From Pyrobaculum calidifontis JCM 11548 (GTDB taxonomy: Archaea; Thermoproteota; Thermoprotei; Thermoproteales; Thermoproteaceae), in the NCBI RefSeq assembly GCF_000015805.1, contig NC_009073.1:1350001-1382000 (forward strand): 32,000 bases of DNA, in the 5' to 3' direction. The notes beneath the pieces are model-generated. The model was not told the origin of the DNA. It searched no databases and saw only the letters and a program-made list of their open reading frames with translations. Positions within the stretch are counted from its first letter, which is position 1, and every line of letters starts with the position of its first letter. The position numbers were made by a program, and so were the translations under genes. Shown here one piece after another: positions 23,375-31,612 of the stretch.

Positions 23375-23731
23375 TCTGTCCACTTCCTCCAGGAAGGTGT
23401 ACATTGAGGTGACCTTGTCCACAAGCGCGGGGTCATACTCCTCCTCGGAGATTCCAAAGATCTTGCTGGCCGTTTCGCAGACGTATACCTTGACGCTCCC
23501 TATGGACTTCGCTGTAGAGAGCAGGGACTTCCAATCCACGCCCAACTCCACGATTCTCTTGTGCTCTGGCGAGGATAGGGGAGGGGCGTACTCTTTTTTA
23601 AACGCCTTGACAGCCTCCCCGGTGACGAATATGCTAACCTCCTCGCCCCTGGCCACCAGCGTAGACACAAGCGTGGCAAATTCGTACAGTCTCACAAAGT
23701 CGCCGCTCCCCACTATGATTCCAAAGGCCAT
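23360..23731 (-). CDS. dsrE: DsrE3-type DsrE/DsrF-like sulfur carrier protein
   Basis: ORF-track 23360..23755 trimmed to the ATG at 23731 (MAFGIIVGSGD). VKVYVCETASKIFGI Cys motif. TAATG junction with the upstream tusA. Confidence 0.75.
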   Translation of the reverse strand: MAFGIIVGSGDFVRLYEFATLVSTLVARGEEVSIFVTGEAVKAFKKEYAPPLSSPEHKRIVELGVDWKSLLSTAKSIGSVKVYVCETASKIFGISEEEYDPALVDKVTSMYTFLEEVDRLVVF

Positions 23732-23979
23732 TACCTCTCTATCACAATGCGCCAAACGCCCTTCTCAGGCATGTCCATGGCGACGACTTTGCTACCGTTT
23801 CTCTCAGCCACAGACTTTATATTGTCGCAGGAGGGAGGGTTGTCTGTGTACACCACCAGGACCTCACCCTTCTTAATGCTCTTAAGCGCCTGTGCCGTAT
23901 ACATCTGGGGGTAGGGGCACACAAAGCCCTTTAAATCTAGCTCGTACTTCCCATCCCCAATCTTCTTCAAGCTGGGCAT
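23731..23979 (-). CDS. tusA: TusA-like sulfurtransferase (two-Cys subtype)
   Basis: ATG at 23979 (MPSLKK...). LDLKGFVCPYPQ plus TDNPPSCDNI. Paralog of 17470..17715. GGAATAA-TATA promoter at 24001-24018. Confidence 0.8.
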   Translation of the reverse strand: MPSLKKIGDGKYELDLKGFVCPYPQMYTAQALKSIKKGEVLVVYTDNPPSCDNIKSVAERNGSKVVAMDMPEKGVWRIVIER

Positions 23980-24000
23980 GCCGACCCCCATTTTGCACAA

Positions 24001-24018
24001 TTTTAATCATTATTCCAC
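24001..24018 (-). promoter_or_regulatory. GGAATAA-box plus TATA promoter of the tusA-dsrE3 pair
   Basis: Minus strand reads GTGGAATAATGATTAAAA. TATA is ~25 nt upstream of the ATG at 23979. Confidence 0.55.
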
Positions 24019-24186
24019 AGCTTGTAAAAAATATTCTCAATCACCTAGTTAACAACACTTAAAGCCAAATCTGACAGACAATGCCATGATAACCTGCGCA
24101 CATGTAGATAGACGAAGGGCAAAACGTATTAATGTGCAAAAAATTCACATAGATAAAAGAAAATATGTAAAAATAGAGGCGGGACT

Positions 24187-25209
24187 ATGGCGGAGTTAGG
24201 GCTGGGAGTCCCCACGCCGAGGAAGTACTGGATCGCTTTGGGTCTTGTGGTAGGCGTAGTGGTGGGGCTGGTAATTGGCTACTATTTAAACGCGGCCACG
24301 CTTCAGTACGCCTATAGGTTGCTTGAATCTGCTCAACAGCCTCCTCCCGACGTATACGTCGTGGCCCTCTCTCCTAAGGGTGCGGCGTTTTTCCTAACCG
24401 CCATGGGCACGCCCATAACCACTGCGCAGTGGAGCGGCGGGGCGGCGAGGGTGGCCGGGGCCTATAGGGACATGTATATAGCCTACGACGGGGACCGGGG
24501 AAAAATCTTCCAGATAACCCAGGGCCTTGAGATTAAGAACGTGGTGTATATTGATGGCCTTGTGGGAGTGTACCTAGACGAAAAGGGCGGCTACATATAT
24601 GCCTTGTCTAGAGATAAACTGTATAAGATATCGGCGGATACTCTTGACATAGTTAAATCGGTGGAAGTGCCCAACGGCGTGTATATCGCCGGCGTAAACG
24701 AGCCTTCGACAGTGGTGTACGTGCTGACGGAGAGGTCCCTCGTCAAATTCGACGGAGATTTAAACAAGTTGGGAGAGGTGGCCGTCTCGGGCAAGTCGTT
24801 GTTTGTTGGAGTGCTCTACTTCTTCGTCGGCGGCGACGGCTTTGTAAAATCCTTTGACAAATCTAATAGGCAGATAGCCGAGGTTAAATTGGATGGCGGC
24901 GTGTCTCAACTCTTGGCCTGCCGCGGGATACTGCTTGCTTCCACAGACGGCGGCGTATATGCGGTGTCTATACCAGATCTAAGAGTTATAAAGAGACTAG
25001 ACGCGAGGGGCATTTTGTATGCTGACCCCACTTGCAGTGTAGTATACGCAGTGGAGGACTCCAAGGCCACCGTGATACTGATACCGTCTTTAAACACGCA
25101 TGTGGTCAATCTGCCGGAGCCCCTCGACGGCTTGATATTTAGAACGGGCGCCGGCGCCGCGCTGGGCGGAGGAGCCGCGAGAAAAGTGGCCCTGGCCTGC
25201 GGAGGGTAG
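24187..25209 (+). CDS. Membrane-anchored beta-propeller-like protein
   Basis: N-terminal TM segment YWIALGLVVGVVVGLVIGYYL, then repeated strand blocks (GGYIYALSRDKLYKISADTLDIVKSVEV, GGVYAVSIPDLRVIKRL, VVYAVEDSKATVILIPSL). Confidence 0.5.
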   Translation: MAELGLGVPTPRKYWIALGLVVGVVVGLVIGYYLNAATLQYAYRLLESAQQPPPDVYVVALSPKGAAFFLTAMGTPITTAQWSGGAARVAGAYRDMYIAYDGDRGKIFQITQGLEIKNVVYIDGLVGVYLDEKGGYIYALSRDKLYKISADTLDIVKSVEVPNGVYIAGVNEPSTVVYVLTERSLVKFDGDLNKLGEVAVSGKSLFVGVLYFFVGGDGFVKSFDKSNRQIAEVKLDGGVSQLLACRGILLASTDGGVYAVSIPDLRVIKRLDARGILYADPTCSVVYAVEDSKATVILIPSLNTHVVNLPEPLDGLIFRTGAGAALGGGAARKVALACGG

Positions 25210-25211
25210 CC

Positions 25212-26558
25212 ATGAGGGCGGCAACTATACTCATAGCCGTCTTGGTCGTGGCCCTGGTGATACTTGCGGCGTTATACACCTCGGCCACACAAGAGTTGGC
25301 CTCTGCCCGGGGAGAGGTTGAAAAGGCTAAGCAGGAGGCGGCGCAGGCAAGTAAACAGGCTGAGGAGCTTAGGGGGCAGTTGACCCAGCTTCAGAACAGG
25401 CTGAACGAGCTACAGTCGAGGCTAGCCGAGGCTCAGAAGACCATAGAAGCGCTGAGGGGACAAGCGCAACCCATTGCTGGCTACATGTACGCCCTTGTGG
25501 TTGACACTGTAGGCGGTAGCGACGAGTTGTTTATATATGTGATCGACCCCCGCACCAACGACCTCGTCGTCAAAATACCTCTAAGAGATAGACTGCCAGC
25601 AGACGTATATACGCTTATGAGAAACGCCTCACTGAGGCTTGTCTCCCCCTCCACGCTAGAGGTCTGGATGCCGCGGTATTATACGCAGCCGGGGCAGTAC
25701 CTCTATATCCTATACGAGGGGCCGTGGGGGTCCTATGTGGCGGCCCTAGATCCCAAGGACTTCTCCTTGGTGAAGAACGTGAAGATCTACGACAAGTACA
25801 CTAGACAGTACGGCGGCATATCGCCTGATGGGAAGCTCCTAGTGGTTGCGCAACGCCAGGCGCAACAGATAGTCTACCTAGACGCCAAGACTTTGGATGT
25901 GATAAGAGCGGTGAAGACTGACGCCAATCCGTGCGACGTGGCGCCTTCGCCCGACGGAAACTACTTCGCCATTCCTGTGAGGGCCGACGGGGCAGAGGGC
26001 AAGCCTGAATACGTTTTGATCATCGACCGGGAGGGGAGGGAGGTGGCGCGCGCCTACTTTAGAAGGCCTGGCGAGGCTGGGCCTCCCACGGAGCCCTCCA
26101 TGACCTACTGGACGCTCGACGGGAAATATGTATTACTGCAGGGGGAGGCTAGGCCCTATGAGGCAGTGGTGGAGGTGGACGTTGCGGCTAAGTCGGCGAG
26201 AATTGTAAAGGAGGTGAGCTACCCCTCTGGCACCGTGGCGTTTATGGCTGAGGAGCATCCCATGGCCAAGGGCGAGGTCTGGGTGGTGGTGAGAGGTGCG
26301 GGGGTCTATGTCAGATCGCCGCCGCCAGAGTACAGGGAAATCACGCGCGTTGCCACGGCTATAGACGTTAAGGGCATTGTACAAGGCGCATTTAGCCCAG
26401 ATGGGCGCTATTTCTACGTCGTGGGATCTGGCGGCATAGATGTAATTGACGTGGCGGCTAAGTCCGTGGTAAAGACTATAAAGGCTAAGTCGGCTGTGTG
26501 GATCATTGCAATACCCAGCGGCGAGTGGCTATACTATAGCGGAGTGTTGAGAGGGTGA
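25212..26558 (+). CDS. Membrane-anchored coiled-coil plus YVTN-type beta-propeller protein
   Basis: TM segment ILIAVLVVALVILAALY. About 60 aa of coiled coil (EKAKQEAAQASKQAEELRGQLTQLQNRLNELQSRLAEAQ). YVTN-like repeats ISPDGKLLVVAQ...IVYLDAKTLDVIRAVKT, PSPDGNYFAIPV, FSPDGRYFYVVGSGGIDVIDVAAKSVVKTI. Confidence 0.6.
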   Translation: MRAATILIAVLVVALVILAALYTSATQELASARGEVEKAKQEAAQASKQAEELRGQLTQLQNRLNELQSRLAEAQKTIEALRGQAQPIAGYMYALVVDTVGGSDELFIYVIDPRTNDLVVKIPLRDRLPADVYTLMRNASLRLVSPSTLEVWMPRYYTQPGQYLYILYEGPWGSYVAALDPKDFSLVKNVKIYDKYTRQYGGISPDGKLLVVAQRQAQQIVYLDAKTLDVIRAVKTDANPCDVAPSPDGNYFAIPVRADGAEGKPEYVLIIDREGREVARAYFRRPGEAGPPTEPSMTYWTLDGKYVLLQGEARPYEAVVEVDVAAKSARIVKEVSYPSGTVAFMAEEHPMAKGEVWVVVRGAGVYVRSPPPEYREITRVATAIDVKGIVQGAFSPDGRYFYVVGSGGIDVIDVAAKSVVKTIKAKSAVWIIAIPSGEWLYYSGVLRG

Positions 26559-27805
26559 CCATGTCGAGGGTAAAGGACTTCTTGGTAAAGCCCTGGCGGC
26601 CTGAGGTGGCTGGGCTGGTCATCGGCATTGTAGCCTCTCTTCAGATACTTGTGATTAGATCGCCGTGGTATATCACAGGCCCCGAGACTCAGTTCGGCGG
26701 CTGGCTCCTCAAGACTTTGACTCTAGGCGCCGTGAAGGTGGATCTGTGGGACTACTTCAACCCAAGCTCCCCCATGTTTGTGGCAAAGGCCCTGGGGCCG
26801 CTGGAGAACCCCGGCTTTCAAATAGTGCTCGGCTTCATGCTGGGGGCCGCGATAGCCAAGGCGCTCCAGGGCGCGTGGCGTCTCCGGTGGCCCGCCAACT
26901 GGGGTGTGGTGATTACGTCGATTATCGGGGGCTTGCTCTTGGGCTTCGGCGCCAGGCTCGCCCTGGGTTGCAACGTGGGGAACTTCTTCGCCACCGTGCA
27001 GAGCCTTGTGTTCTCCGGCTTCGTCTTCTTCCTCGGCATGGCCATGGGGACATACGTAGCCACGTTCCTCATAGAGACGTGGCTCATGGATAGAATAGCC
27101 AAGACGAGACCCATTAGGATATCCATCGGAGGCAACGTAGACAATCGCAAGGTCTTGGCCACGGCTGTGGCTATAACGGCGGCTCTATCTCTATACTGGT
27201 GGCAAATAGGCGTGATGGCAGGCCTTCTCTATCTGCTGTTCGGGGTGGCGTACGGCTTCGCGGGGGCGAAGGCGGATATATGCTTTACCTCCATGTTGAG
27301 AGACGGCTTCTGGAGCCGGCTGGCCCCCTACGGCGCAAACGCCAGGGCCGTGGCCATAGCCCTCTCCATAACCATAACGGCGAACTTAGTGCTCAAATAC
27401 GGCGTCGGCTACAGCTACAGCGAGTTTCTATTCCCAGTGGGCATTCACACGTTGCTTGGCGGCTTCCTATTCGGCATAGGCATGGTCCTAGTGGCTGGGT
27501 GTAGCTTCAGCTCCGCGTATAGAAGCGGCGAGGGGAGCATACCGCACTTAATCGCATGGATATTCATGATAATCGGGATGACGCTCTTGGCATATGTATG
27601 GCCCTTCTTCTACACTACTGCCGTGGCCCTTAGCCCAGTGTTAACACTGCCCGAGATGCTCCACGGCAATGTGGCCGCCGCGGCGGCCCTCGGCTACCTC
27701 TTCTGCCTATTCCTAGCCCTCTACCCAAGTATCCGCGACGGCACTATACAACTAAGCCAATTAAACATAAAACTGCCAAAGCTACTAATAACTAGGTCTA
27801 AATAA
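26555..27805 (+). CDS. YeeE/YedE-family membrane transporter (thiosulfate/sulfur-compound uptake family)
   Basis: Polytopic membrane protein with the family's Cys-containing helix motifs ARLALGCNVGNFF and VLVAGCSFSSAYRSGEG. 4-nt overlap with the preceding gene. Confidence 0.75.
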   Translation: MTMSRVKDFLVKPWRPEVAGLVIGIVASLQILVIRSPWYITGPETQFGGWLLKTLTLGAVKVDLWDYFNPSSPMFVAKALGPLENPGFQIVLGFMLGAAIAKALQGAWRLRWPANWGVVITSIIGGLLLGFGARLALGCNVGNFFATVQSLVFSGFVFFLGMAMGTYVATFLIETWLMDRIAKTRPIRISIGGNVDNRKVLATAVAITAALSLYWWQIGVMAGLLYLLFGVAYGFAGAKADICFTSMLRDGFWSRLAPYGANARAVAIALSITITANLVLKYGVGYSYSEFLFPVGIHTLLGGFLFGIGMVLVAGCSFSSAYRSGEGSIPHLIAWIFMIIGMTLLAYVWPFFYTTAVALSPVLTLPEMLHGNVAAAAALGYLFCLFLALYPSIRDGTIQLSQLNIKLPKLLITRSK

Positions 27806-27857
27806 CCCCCTTTTCCCAAGAGAGAAATCTTTTTATCTACAAACTCCCAACTTACCT

Positions 27858-28238
27858 ATGAAGTGTGGAGAAATTGCCTCTAGGCCTCCCATCACCATTA
27901 CCCCAGACAAGACGCTGGAGGAGGCCGTAGAACTTCTCTCAAAACACGACGTTGGGATACTAGTGGTAGTGGATAGAGAAAACCCAAGGAAGCCCATCGG
28001 CGTGATATCGGAGAGAGACGTGGTAAGAGCCCTGGCCTGGAAGGCGCCTCTCACAGTCACCGTGAGAGAGGTCGCCACCACCGCGGGGCTCATATACGTC
28101 TATGTAGACGAGCCGCTGGAGGAGGCGGCCAAGAAGATGGAAAAACACCGCATAAGACATGTACTCGTGCTGGAAAGAAGCGGAGATCTATACGGCGTCA
28201 TATCTATAAGAGACCTGCTTAAACACTGCAAACTCTAG
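27858..28238 (+). CDS. CBS-domain pair protein
   Basis: Two CBS repeats (ITITPDKTLEEAVELLSKHDVGILVVVD...IGVISERDVV and YVYVDEPLEEAAKKMEKHRIRHVLVLE...YGVISIRDLL). Confidence 0.8.
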   Translation: MKCGEIASRPPITITPDKTLEEAVELLSKHDVGILVVVDRENPRKPIGVISERDVVRALAWKAPLTVTVREVATTAGLIYVYVDEPLEEAAKKMEKHRIRHVLVLERSGDLYGVISIRDLLKHCKL

Positions 28239-28807
28239 CTGTTGCACTCTATCTCTGCTGTTATTACGTTTTTCTCCGTGGTGATTTTTGGCTGGCATTT
28301 CCATTGTCGTATGGCTTCTTCTGCGAATGTGGCTAGGCATTTTGCCGACTTTTCGCCGGGGGCTATGAAGACTATTCGCCACGTCTCTCCCCGGCGGGTG
28401 AAGCTTAGGCGGGCTGTGGGGAATAGGGCGAAGAACTGAGCCGCCGTCTGTACCAGCTCTGGGAAGGTGAGGCGGGCAGAGGCCAGTTGGCCAAACCTTG
28501 CCCCCATCTCTCTCAGCGCCTTAGCCACGTCTCCGTCTTCACACACTCCCCACTTCTCGGCAAAGAGCTCCAAAAGCGGAAGAGGCACGGGGACGACGTC
28601 GAAGGCAAGGGCAAGCTCCACCAGCCTAAACATCTCTAAACCCCTAGAAGGAGAAATACCACGACGAAAAAGCTCCACAGCAAGACGAAGAGAGTCTGAG
28701 GCTAGGCGTACTACGGAGTATCCTTGTATCTTTGCCATTTCAGAAAATTCGCGTGCCGCATCAGCCTCCACGGGCACTGTAGTTCGGCGGGTCTTTCCGT
28801 GTATCAT
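28235..28807 (-). CDS. RHH-like N-terminal domain protein, paralog B of an uncharacterised family
   Basis: Homolog of 14169..14774. Its start overlaps the hemA stop by 4 nt. Confidence 0.5.
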   Translation of the reverse strand: MIHGKTRRTTVPVEADAAREFSEMAKIQGYSVVRLASDSLRLAVELFRRGISPSRGLEMFRLVELALAFDVVPVPLPLLELFAEKWGVCEDGDVAKALREMGARFGQLASARLTFPELVQTAAQFFALFPTARLSFTRRGETWRIVFIAPGEKSAKCLATFAEEAIRQWKCQPKITTEKNVITAEIECNS

Positions 28808-29946
28808 GCGTAAGCAGACTTGAGAACTTGCAATAAGCCTTCGGCTACCGCAAGGTCTTTCACAGCAACTTCTTTTATGTAGTTCACCAGGGGCAGGAGA
28901 GTCCTCTTGACAGTCGACATGGCGGCAAGCCTGGCCGGCCCTCCCCCGGCCCTCTCCCCCTCCTCCTCAGCCACTGCAAACCACTTCTTCAGCAAGGCGG
29001 ACATCTCCAACTCCACCCACCTCCTCCTAAGGACTTCCTCGAGACGCGCCACTTCCTCTTCCACAATTTTCTCTGCCTTGGACACCTCCTCAGCCCTCTG
29101 CCTATTAAACTCCTCAGCCAACTCTCTCAAGTGGTCCAGCGTAACAACCTCCACTGGCAGATTCGGCGCAGTGTTGCGGGGCACGCCCAAGTCTACCACT
29201 AGCTTAACCCTAGAGCCGGGGGGCACGTACACGACTACGGGCTCGAAGGAGGAGACGGCCGTGTAGACTACGTCGAACTCCCTGAGGCACCACTCCACGT
29301 TTTCGCTTGTGAGAGGCCTCACCTCTACGCCCAGGTCGGCGGCCTTCTCCACAGTGCGATTAACCACAGCCACCCGCCTCACCCCTGCGTCTATGAGCTC
29401 TTTAACAACTCCGCGGCCCACTGCCCCAGCCCCTATGACGCATACCGAGATCTCCCGCAGTGGAAGACGGCGGCTTAGATACACAATTGAGAGAGAGCCG
29501 AGACCTCTGGGCCCTCTAGAGATCCCCGTCTCTGTCCTCACCCGCTTCCCCACAGCCACGGCCCTCTCTACCACGGTCTTGAGAAGACCTCTGAGATTCC
29601 CCCTCCTCACTTGCGACTCGTAGGCCTCCTCCAGCTGGCCCAAGACGTCTGTCTCGCCTATGAGCATGGACTCAAGGCCGGCGGCCACTCTAAACAAATG
29701 CCTCGCCGCCTCAACGCCTCTGAACTCCGCCACTTTTTCAACGTAGGGACCGTAAGACCGCTTAATGTGTTCCGCTGGGCCAGCGTCGGCGTCGTATAGG
29801 TACACCTCAACCCTGTTACACGTGTGAAAGACAAAGGCTTGGACGTTGTAACAGGTCTTGTGCACATTTCTGGAAATTTCGGACAGCTCGTCCACACTGA
29901 GTCGCTTATGCGAAAGCGATAAGGCGTACAACTTGTCTACAAGCAT
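28804..29946 (-). CDS. hemA: Glutamyl-tRNA reductase
   Basis: ORF-track 28804..30177 trimmed to the ATG at 29946 (MLVDKLYALSLSHK). HTCNRVEVY active-site Cys, GLESMLIGETDVLGQL, and NAD motif VIGAGAVG. Confidence 0.85.
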   Translation of the reverse strand: MLVDKLYALSLSHKRLSVDELSEISRNVHKTCYNVQAFVFHTCNRVEVYLYDADAGPAEHIKRSYGPYVEKVAEFRGVEAARHLFRVAAGLESMLIGETDVLGQLEEAYESQVRRGNLRGLLKTVVERAVAVGKRVRTETGISRGPRGLGSLSIVYLSRRLPLREISVCVIGAGAVGRGVVKELIDAGVRRVAVVNRTVEKAADLGVEVRPLTSENVEWCLREFDVVYTAVSSFEPVVVYVPPGSRVKLVVDLGVPRNTAPNLPVEVVTLDHLRELAEEFNRQRAEEVSKAEKIVEEEVARLEEVLRRRWVELEMSALLKKWFAVAEEEGERAGGGPARLAAMSTVKRTLLPLVNYIKEVAVKDLAVAEGLLQVLKSAYA

Positions 29947-31043
29947 AGCCCCAAGAAGTAGACCCCCGCCGCCACTGAGAGGACGCCGATTGCCACCTCG
30001 ACCCACCTCCCGCCTTTTATGTACTTCGCCACTCCCCGCACCACGGCGTATACGGCTGCGGCGAGGCCTAGGCCGTAGAGCAGAAGCGCGGCAAAGAGGG
30101 CGAGGTAGTTCCCGGCAAGCGACGCCAGCGCCACCACTGTGGCAAACCCGGCGTAGGGGAGAATACAGGGAGTCCACACAGCGCCTAGAGAAAAGCCGAA
30201 GAGGAAGTCGCCGGCAGAGCCAAGCCGCTTAAAGGCGAAAGTCTGCAACCTAGAGACAGCGGCGGCGTATTTGACGCTCAGCCTCTCCACGAGGAGGACA
30301 GCCCCCAGCAGTAGCAGAGCCACCCCGCCCACCGCGAGAAAGACCTGCCTAGCATACGCAACTGCGCCTCCCACCGCCGCCACAGCCACGCCAACGGCGG
30401 CGTAGGACAAGACCATCCCCAGAAGCACCTTGGGCAAACTCCGCCGCGCAAAATGTGTCACGGCGGCGACGCCTAGCACTGGGAGAACGCAGGGAGAAAA
30501 CGCGCTGGCGACGCCTAGCACAAACGCAGACAGCAAAGCGGCATACGGGAAGGCGTCGCCGCCCTCTTGCACGCCCTTGGGAGAGAGAAATTCCACAAAC
30601 ACACGCTTTAGGTCAACCCCAGGAGGCACGTCCGCCCCCGTCCAAAAGCCCAGTAGCCTAATCCTCCCGCCCTCCGCCACCCCTATTACCACCGTGGGCG
30701 TGCCCGGGATTAAAAAAGTCCTCTCACCCCTAACCACGTAGTATTTCACAACCCCGTGATCCACATACGCCACCTGCCCATCCACCACTACGTCAATGCC
30801 GCTTATACGCGCCCTAGATAAATCAAGGGTGTAGAGGCTGTACTTCGACATTAAGGCGGCGACTTCCCCATCTGAGAAAAGCGCCTCAAGCCTCTTACAC
30901 TCCTCACACCCAGGCTGGTATATGTACAGCAGGAAGGTGCCGTTGACCTCGTAAGGCGACTCCACCTCTTGAAACACGAGAAGGCCCTTCTGCAGAGCTA
31001 AGGCCAAAGCGGCGAGAACTAAGACGAGCAGTACCTGCCTCAT
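29937..31043 (-). CDS. ccdA: Thioredoxin-like domain fused to CcdA/DsbD-type thiol:disulfide transmembrane electron transporter
   Basis: Signal peptide. QPGCEECK CxxC thioredoxin-like domain. Membrane domain with SPCVLP and TPCILP, the paired Cys motifs of CcdA/DsbD. Confidence 0.7.
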   Translation of the reverse strand: MRQVLLVLVLAALALALQKGLLVFQEVESPYEVNGTFLLYIYQPGCEECKRLEALFSDGEVAALMSKYSLYTLDLSRARISGIDVVVDGQVAYVDHGVVKYYVVRGERTFLIPGTPTVVIGVAEGGRIRLLGFWTGADVPPGVDLKRVFVEFLSPKGVQEGGDAFPYAALLSAFVLGVASAFSPCVLPVLGVAAVTHFARRSLPKVLLGMVLSYAAVGVAVAAVGGAVAYARQVFLAVGGVALLLLGAVLLVERLSVKYAAAVSRLQTFAFKRLGSAGDFLFGFSLGAVWTPCILPYAGFATVVALASLAGNYLALFAALLLYGLGLAAAVYAVVRGVAKYIKGGRWVEVAIGVLSVAAGVYFLGLCL

Positions 31044-31612
31044 AGCCTATCCAACAGCCCCGCCACTACTATCCCTATCGCAGTTGTAAAAACTGCGGCA
31101 AGCCACGCCGGGGCCCCCTCTACCACCATCGCCAACGGGGGCAGGGCCAAGACTGCGGTCATTGCAGTAGCTGCGGGCGGGGGCAAGCCGCCGTATACCG
31201 CGAAGAGCGCCGCCAACGCGGCCAGAGTAGACATAAGAAACGCCGCCGCGGCGGCGAGTGGGGCGAGGGAGAGGTCAATGAAGAGGGAGGAGAGGGCCGT
31301 GGAGGCCATGGACAAGGCGCTTGTGACAACGAGTTTTGAGACGTAGACCCCGCTGTGCCCCGCGTAGTAGACAAGGCCCTCCAACACGCCGCGGTCCCAG
31401 TCTCTAATGACGTAGAGATACGCCGAGAGCTGCGAGGCCAAAAACGCCACGAGAAAGACTGCGTATCTCCCAGCGTAAGACCCCACTACCCCAGCCGCCA
31501 GAGAGGCCACGAAGAGAAACACAAGCTCCTCCACTCTCCTAGCCGCCGCCTTGAAGTCGGCCTTAACTACCTCCAGCATACTGAACATCCTCAATCCTGA
31601 CCTCATGCCCAA
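31040..31612 (-). CDS. Membrane protein, possible CcmB-like ABC heme-exporter permease
   Basis: Polytopic. VIRDWDRGVLEGL resembles the CcmB DxxDGxLE motif. Lies between an ABC ATPase and ccdA. The start is uncertain (alternatives at 31588 and 31579). Confidence 0.35.
   Translation of the reverse strand: MGMRSGLRMFSMLEVVKADFKAAARRVEELVFLFVASLAAGVVGSYAGRYAVFLVAFLASQLSAYLYVIRDWDRGVLEGLVYYAGHSGVYVSKLVVTSALSMASTALSSLFIDLSLAPLAAAAAFLMSTLAALAALFAVYGGLPPPAATAMTAVLALPPLAMVVEGAPAWLAAVFTTAIGIVVAGLLDRL

Noticed and set aside
29947-30177. 77-aa N-terminal extension of hemA in the ORF track (start 30177)
   Set aside because: The extension is R/G/P-rich, lies entirely inside the CcdA-fusion gene in another frame, and precedes a canonical HemA N-terminus beginning at the ATG at 29946.
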